Positions 56,946-64,000 of a stretch of DNA of 64,000 nt are shown here, piece by piece. The notes below the pieces were generated by a model. It saw nothing but the letters and a program-made list of their open reading frames with translations. It was not told the DNA's origin and did not search any database. The stretch's first letter is position 1. Every line of letters starts with the position of its first letter. Both the position numbers and the translations under genes were made by a program. Location of the stretch: NCBI GenBank assembly GCA_002104945.1, contig MCFH01000008.1:372001-436000 (forward strand), in the 5' to 3' direction. Source of the stretch: Piromyces finnis finn. Lineage: Eukaryota; Fungi; Neocallimastigomycota.

Positions 56946-59900
56946 TTTTGTTATTATTATTATGAAAAATTAAATTCTATATAGTAATAAATTAAAATAC
57001 GTATAATTAGATTTCAATTTTTAAGTCAAAAACTTGAAACTATTATATTAATAACACATATTTTCAGAAACATCTAATAATAAAACAAGATATTTTGATT
57101 TACGAGTTTAAATTCTATATCCATAAATTCATTTTTTTTTAATATTAAATTATATATTTTAAAATGCGCTTTTTTTTTTTTTTTTTTTTTTTTTGATATG
57201 TTGTTGAATTGAGTAATATAAAATCAGTACCGAAGAAAAGAAAATAATTTATTTTATTTTATTAAACATTTTGATAATAGCATTTAAAATAATTAATTGA
57301 AATCAATCATCCTTATATAATGAACAATTAATATTAATATTAATATTATGTATATACATTTTTATATACTTGCTTTTCGTTGTTACTTTTTTTTTTTTTT
57401 TTAATTTTGGCCTTTTAATAATGTAAATTATTATTATCAAAATTTCATCATATTACTTTTAAAAAATTGAATATACTATAATTATTATTAATGATAATAT
57501 TATATAATTGGTATTAAGCCAACAAACTCTAAATTAAAATAATCTTTGTTGCCACTGAAATTAAATGAATTTTATTATTCAAAAAATAAATATAAAAAAC
57601 TTTTGAATGTATATTTATATTTAATAATGTCTATTATCATTTTTAATTCTTTTTATTATTAAAATTTCATAATTTCAAGTTTATTCTAAATAATTATTCT
57701 TTAATTTACACATATTTATAAATTGAGTCATTTAAATTTACATTTTTATTCCTTTAAATTATTTTAAATATTGAATATAAAGATTTAATTTTTCTTTTTT
57801 AAAAAATCAATTTTTAAATATATTTAAATGATAAAAAGAGAAAAGAAAAGAAATAATAAAAACAAATTTTAATATTTATATTATTTATATATTTAATATA
57901 TGTAAAAAACAATGATTTTTAATATAATTACTTTGTGTAAGATAATTTTAGGAAATAATAAAAAAGTATATAATGACTAAATAATAATATTTTATATTAA
58001 AATATGGGATAAAATTTTATACATTAATAAAATAGGTTTAAGTAAATTTTTAATTTTTTGTAATTTTAATTATTATTATTTTATTCACTAATTTAATATA
58101 ACATTAATTATTTATTTCAATATTATATATATATATATATATATAATGAATTATTGAAAAATAATATTAAACAAGATTTATGAATATATTTTTATAATTC
58201 ATTATTCAGAATACCACAATTTAATACAATAATAAAAAAAAAGTGACTAATTCGTTATTATATATATAGTTAATATTAATATTCTAAGATATTGATTATT
58301 ATTCACGATATTGAAAAATAATTTCAAAACATTATTTAATGAATCCTAACATAAATATTATAACTTTTACTTTTGATATTTAAAAAACATACCAATAAAG
58401 AAATTAAAAATATATAAAAATATTTTTTACTCTTTTATTAGTAAATAAAATTTAATATTTAATTATTATTTTTATATAGCTTTATGAAATATTTAAATAA
58501 TTATATAATAAATAAGATTTAATATTGTAAATCTTATTAATAATAGTATTTTAAATAATATATTAAAAATTTATCATTGAAATATAATAAACGGTAGATA
58601 AAGTTAAGCATAATTAAAGATCATTCATTACAATAACATATCATTAAAAAGAACAGAACACAAAAAAAAATTAAAAAAAGTTAAGTTGTAATATTTAACA
58701 AATTAAATAATAAGAATTTCAATTAAATAATAATATAAATTATCATCAACTACACTAATAATAAAATAATATAACAATAGATTTATATTTATATTTATAA
58801 AATGAGGTATTTATTAATATTTTAAAAATATTCTTTAACTATTTGATTTATATTAAATTTTTAATATAATTATGTGAAAGTTGATTGACATATTTTTAAT
58901 AATAAATATAGTAATTTATTTGTTTTCCTTTTTTAATTTTTTATTTATTTAAGTTTAATATAATTTTTATTCATTATTGTGTAACATAACAATAGTTTGT
59001 GTAATAAAATAATATAAATTCACACATAAACTTTTTATATTTTTTATTTATTCTAACTATAAAAAATCATATGTTAATATATATTTATGCCTTAACCCTA
59101 ATAATTACTTTTTTAACTTCATGTTATTTTTTATTTCTTATTAAAACATTACGTCTAGTATAATTGACCAAAAAAAAAAAATAATAATTTATGTATAATT
59201 TATTTTAATATCTTAATTTAGAATAAAATCAAAATTTTTTGTTTTTCTTTTTAAAATACGTTATATTTTCTTAAAATTGATGTATGTAAAAAAAAATGAA
59301 AATTTAATAGATTCAATTAATTTTTATTTAGCTTTTTTTTTTTTTTAAAGAGGTTAAATATTTACTTCAACAAAATAAAAATCTTTCAATTTTTTATTAT
59401 TTATTATAACTTTTATTGTTAGCGTTCAATTATCCTTATTATATTTTTGAAAAATACAAATGGTTTATTTAATTTTAAACATATTATAATATAGTTTGTA
59501 ATTTTTTCAAATTTAATAATAACTAACTAACTAAATAAATAATAAGTAATTTACACTTTATTATTATACCTCTTATAATAAAAGAATAACTTAACAGAAA
59601 TTAAAAGGCAAATAATACAAATAATACCAATAAATTTTTTTAAAAGGTTATGTTATTGATGAAATAAATAAAAGGTTAGAATCTAACATTAATTTTTTTT
59701 TTTAATTTTTTTTATTAATAATTTTAAAATAAATTTTTTTTTAATATATACTATTTAAATGGTATAAATATATTAATAAAACTATAATTTATTCATATAT
59801 ATATTGTAATAAAAAATTAAGAATAGTAAACAATTATTTTTGTATTTTATGTCGTATAATATGAATAGATAGATGGAATTATAACTTTGCTGTTTATGTT

Positions 59901-60273
59901 TACGATTATATATATATATATATATATATATTTGAAAGACGGTTTTTAAATAATATATGGTTCATAAACTATTTTGTTATTTTTGCTTTATAAAGTAATT
60001 TTAATCATATCTATCTACACATTATTAATTTATAAATAAAAATATATATTTTTACATTATTTGTTATAAAGTATTTAAATGATTATTAGTATGATGATTG
60101 GTATCAAAATAAATTTATCTATTTTTTTTTAATGATGTATTAATGAAACTTTTGATACTAAATAGGATGATGTATACTTTTTTTATTAAAATATTTCATT
60201 TCTTGGTTATCATTAAATCATTAAAACTTCTTTTTATTATTATTACTCTTGTGATTTATTTTATTTATTCCAT

Positions 60274-63200
60274 TTAATCAACTTCTAATAAACATTTGAT
60301 TAAGAAAAGATCTGTCCATGTTGGCATACCAGATGTATCAATTTTATCAACAGCACGAATTGGTGGACGATCAAATATTGAATCTTCAGTATCCAATAGT
60401 AGGTTATCATTTGTTTCTGAATTTGAGTTAGAACGTTTAGATATTGAACGTAAGATATCAGATGATACTGGATTTTCAAAATCAATAGGATAATAAAGGG
60501 ATAATAATTTTTTGATTTGTGTGGAATTAAGGAGATAACATACATTGAAGATAATTTCAATATCTCGGAATGTAGTTTTATTTAATTGAAGAAGTTTAGC
60601 TGCTTGTACAAGACGTTCTAGGTGAAGAGCACCTTCAGGGATTTGATGTTCATCACACCATTCTTCGAGGCGTGAAAGGTTGTACTGAATTTGCATACCA
60701 CGCTTCCAGGTACAGAAATTTTTACGCATTATAAGATGGTTAAAAGCAGTAACACCTAATATACGCATAAGTTCACAGAGAATTTGACGAGCAATACTTT
60801 CTTCCATAAAGTAACAACGTAATACCATACTAATTTTACTTAAAAATGTTAAAAGTTGATCAACGGTATAAGACGTTTGAGGAGCTGATTTAATTTTGTT
60901 CCAAAGTCCACCAGATTTGTTACAAAAGAAGTTAGGGAGTGATTGATTTTCAATTATAGCTGGAACAGCCATATTTGAGATGCGTTTCTTTAACTCTTTC
61001 ATCCATCCATGGTATAATTCTACTAATAAATATTCAAGATCATTAGAAATTTTGTTGAGTACGTCTTGACTATTATTATATAAAAGATTCATTCGTTTGC
61101 CACCATCTTCTTGAAGTTTAATACGTTCTAAAACGCACATAAGTTCAAAAGTATTAGAAAGCCAGAAACATGAAACATAGTCATCTTCGAAACGTGTAGC
61201 TAGAGATTGAATACTACGCATAACTTTGGAAGAAAGTACTTGAAGACGAGCTAACATACCATGATTGTAGAGTTTTTGCATACATGAACCAATAATATGT
61301 GCTGGGAAAAGGATATCCTTACGAGCAGAAACAGATTGTGTACTTGGCAATGGAATTCTTAAGTTCATAATTAAACCTTCAATAATTTCGTGTTCTAAAG
61401 ATTCATCTTCTAAAATCTTTAGACGACATTCTTCTTCCATATTTCTAACATTGTTATTAAGGCGTGGAGCAGCTGATACTGGTGTTGATAATGTAGGCTC
61501 TGACTTTCTTTTAATATTATTCTTAGTATTATTTTGACTAATTGGTGCACTATTGAGACTTTGGTTATTGTCGCTGATTTTAGATTCTGGAATGACAAGA
61601 GTTAAGGTTGGTTCTTTTTTAGCTGGAGGCATAGACTTTCTACGAACAGCTTCAGTTATTGGAACAACTACATTAGGATGTGTTTCAATATTTTGAACTA
61701 ATGGGGAGGAAATAGATGTTGATTGATGGGAAGGAAGATTTGGAAGAGATGGTGCACTTTGACTAGATTGAAGTATATTTCTTGTTTGTGGTGTTTTTGA
61801 AACAGCAGAACTTGGTGTTGGTGGTGGAGCTAATGGTCTTCTTTTATTACTCTTAGAGCGACCTCTATCTTGGCGTCCGGAAGTTAATGGACGACCAACG
61901 CGTTCATCTGCATCCAATAAATAATTTTCCGTAGTACCATATCCTTCAGTTGGGCCTTCACCCTTTAATTTACCTACAATAGATTTTTGTAATTGATCTT
62001 TTAAACTTAATACTTCACGTTTCAATTGATTTACCATTGTACTATCTTCAGAAGATTTTGTTATTGCTTTCATATTTTCGCGTAGTTTATTATTCTCTTC
62101 AATTTGATGTTGAAGTTGACGACGGAGTTCTTCCAGTTCTCTTTCTTTTGACATAACAATTTTAGAATTTTCATTTTTAAGCTGAGTGATACGGGCTTCT
62201 AATTGTGTTCTATTTTCTTTAAGTTCAGCAATTTCACGTTTTTGCTCAGCACTTCCTTCGTTAACTTGTTCACTACTTTCTTTGAAACGATTATCCAAAC
62301 GCTCAAATTTCTCTTTCCAAATTTGAATTTGGGAATCCATAGTTTTAATTTTTTCTTCATATTGTTGGTTATCTTTTTCCTTTTGAGTAAGTGATTGAGA
62401 AAGCTCAAATACTTTATTTTCTAATTGATAATTCAATTTCTTCATGTAAGTGATACTCTTAGCTTCAGCCTTTAAGAGTCTGAATTCTTTGTGTGCAAAG
62501 TGACGACGAATACATGATTGTACAAAAATAATATCCTTACGATTTTGTTGATATTGATGACTTGCTCTTTGACCACGGAAAATTTTTTGGATCATAATAG
62601 CAGCACGTTCTCTTCTTAAATTAACCAATTCTTTGCGAGCAAAATATGAACGAATATGTGTTTGAAGGACAAGAGCAGACTTTTTCATATCATCGTAATG
62701 TTTTTTATCTAAGAAACGACGAACATATTTTTGAATAATAATTGCAGAATGCTGTTCTGAAAGTTCACGTAATTTATTCTTAGCGATAGCACTTCTAATA
62801 AGATTTTGAACAAATATTGCTGATTTTTTAAGTTCTTTATAACGATGTTGATATACAAAACGACGTGCATTCTTTTGTACAAAGACAACACATTTCTTTA
62901 ATTTATCAGAACGTAATTTTTCTAAATAAGCTAACATACCAGTACGGAAGAAAATTTTTGTTAAACCAACTTGGAATTTATCATTATCTTTAATAGTACT
63001 ATTGACAATTTTCATTGAGAAAGCTTTTGGATCTTCAAACTCCCATTCTTTAGAGTTAATTAAAAGATAGTATCTTTCAATAAATTCAGGGAATGTCCAA
63101 CGAGTTGGGTAACCAGCACAACTGATGCGAATTGTTTCAAGAACACCACAAGCACGAAGTTGAGATAATACCATTAATGGTTCAAATTCAAATGCTTCTT

Positions 63201-64000
63201 TAGCTTGATTAGGCTTAATACAACGAATGTAATGAACATCTGTTGAACGAATTGTTGTCATTAATTCTATTAAAGAAGATTTAAAAATAGAACCAAGAGT
63301 ACTTTTATGACCTTTTGGTTTAAAACCAACACGCTTTATTGCTGGATTTGAACCAAAAGCAAAACTCATTCTTTTATTAATAGAAGGCATTGATGAAGAA
63401 GAATTATTGCCAAAACCTAAACTCATTCTTTTATTTGGTGGTGAGGATGGTGCTGTTTCTTCGGTATCATCTTTTGGAAGTTGAGTAATTTCTTTAATAA
63501 ATTCATTACTACTTTCTTGCAATAAATTTAATTGTTCATCAGAAACAGTATCTTTATTCTTTTCAATAAAACCTTCAATTTGATATGTGACATCTAAAGC
63601 ATAATGAGATATTGTAAATTCATTTTGTGAGAATCTTGGTTTGTTGAAGAATTTTGATTCTTTATTATCAAATTTTTGATATAATTTAGAAATTAAAGAT
63701 TTATCAGAACCAGATGGGAGACGACATTCTTCATCTAATAAAGCTAAAATACCAAATCTGCTTTCAATCATATCAATGCATGGTTGATTATCATTAAAAT
63801 CAATAAATGACCATTCAATTTTTTCAGCAACATATTCATCTTGTTCTAATTTAAAAACATGTTGATTAAATTCTTGTTGTAATTTTTCGTTTGCATAGTT
63901 AATACAAAATTGTTCAAATGAATTCTTTTGGAAATGTTCAAAACCATAAATATCAAGTACACCAATAAATGATAAATCATCTTTTGGCTTCTTTTCATAT
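60274..64000 (-). CDS. MYO2: Class V myosin, 5' end outside the window
   Basis: Switch-II LDIYGFE..NSFEQFCINYANEKLQQEFN at the window edge; HYIRCIKPN; QLRACGVLETIRIS; FQVGLTKIFF; six IQ motifs; coiled coil; C-terminal DIL domain (CTWKRGMQIQYNLSRLEEWC). Confidence 0.96.
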   Translation of the reverse strand, partial: YEKKPKDDLSFIGVLDIYGFEHFQKNSFEQFCINYANEKLQQEFNQHVFKLEQDEYVAEKIEWSFIDFNDNQPCIDMIESRFGILALLDEECRLPSGSDKSLISKLYQKFDNKESKFFNKPRFSQNEFTISHYALDVTYQIEGFIEKNKDTVSDEQLNLLQESSNEFIKEITQLPKDDTEETAPSSPPNKRMSLGFGNNSSSSMPSINKRMSFAFGSNPAIKRVGFKPKGHKSTLGSIFKSSLIELMTTIRSTDVHYIRCIKPNQAKEAFEFEPLMVLSQLRACGVLETIRISCAGYPTRWTFPEFIERYYLLINSKEWEFEDPKAFSMKIVNSTIKDNDKFQVGLTKIFFRTGMLAYLEKLRSDKLKKCVVFVQKNARRFVYQHRYKELKKSAIFVQNLIRSAIAKNKLRELSEQHSAIIIQKYVRRFLDKKHYDDMKKSALVLQTHIRSYFARKELVNLRRERAAIMIQKIFRGQRASHQYQQNRKDIIFVQSCIRRHFAHKEFRLLKAEAKSITYMKKLNYQLENKVFELSQSLTQKEKDNQQYEEKIKTMDSQIQIWKEKFERLDNRFKESSEQVNEGSAEQKREIAELKENRTQLEARITQLKNENSKIVMSKERELEELRRQLQHQIEENNKLRENMKAITKSSEDSTMVNQLKREVLSLKDQLQKSIVGKLKGEGPTEGYGTTENYLLDADERVGRPLTSGRQDRGRSKSNKRRPLAPPPTPSSAVSKTPQTRNILQSSQSAPSLPNLPSHQSTSISSPLVQNIETHPNVVVPITEAVRRKSMPPAKKEPTLTLVIPESKISDNNQSLNSAPISQNNTKNNIKRKSEPTLSTPVSAAPRLNNNVRNMEEECRLKILEDESLEHEIIEGLIMNLRIPLPSTQSVSARKDILFPAHIIGSCMQKLYNHGMLARLQVLSSKVMRSIQSLATRFEDDYVSCFWLSNTFELMCVLERIKLQEDGGKRMNLLYNNSQDVLNKISNDLEYLLVELYHGWMKELKKRISNMAVPAIIENQSLPNFFCNKSGGLWNKIKSAPQTSYTVDQLLTFLSKISMVLRCYFMEESIARQILCELMRILGVTAFNHLIMRKNFCTWKRGMQIQYNLSRLEEWCDEHQIPEGALHLERLVQAAKLLQLNKTTFRDIEIIFNVCYLLNSTQIKKLLSLYYPIDFENPVSSDILRSISKRSNSNSETNDNLLLDTEDSIFDRPPIRAVDKIDTSGMPTWTDLFLIKCLLEVD

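Noticed and set aside
60296-62891. Small ORFs overlapping myosin V
   Set aside because: Alternative-frame or antisense shadows of a highly conserved CDS.

Overview
Extremely AT-rich, intron-rich eukaryotic DNA, almost certainly from an anaerobic gut fungus (Neocallimastigomycota). The evidence is fungal-cellulosome dockerins, a solute-binding-protein/class C GPCR fusion, CBM18 arrays and a probable ciliary protein. The ORF track fragments or misses most genes because of spliceosomal introns, so I rebuilt gene models by hand from GT(GC)..AG boundaries and frame continuity. In order: Pcl/Pho80-type cyclin; CBM1-linker-CE4 deacetylase; an 8-exon pitchfork-like protein absent from the ORF track; SBP-7TM GPCR; secreted double-LRR/mucin protein; F-box + XPA-like Zn-module protein; Rap1; SMYD5; PXA+PXC (Nvj3-like) protein; LRR + 5xCBM18 protein; three 5'-truncated copies of one LINE (one nested in another, with TSDs); RPS11 with a GC-AG intron that may host a structured RNA; expansin + 3 dockerins; and the 3' part of myosin V. 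The strongest unusual signal is two unrelated secreted LRR genes, each with eight consecutive phase-2/phase-2 exons encoding exactly one LRR per exon, joined to different C-terminal modules. No CRISPR, tRNA or rRNA was seen. Homology calls come from remembered motifs, not database searches.
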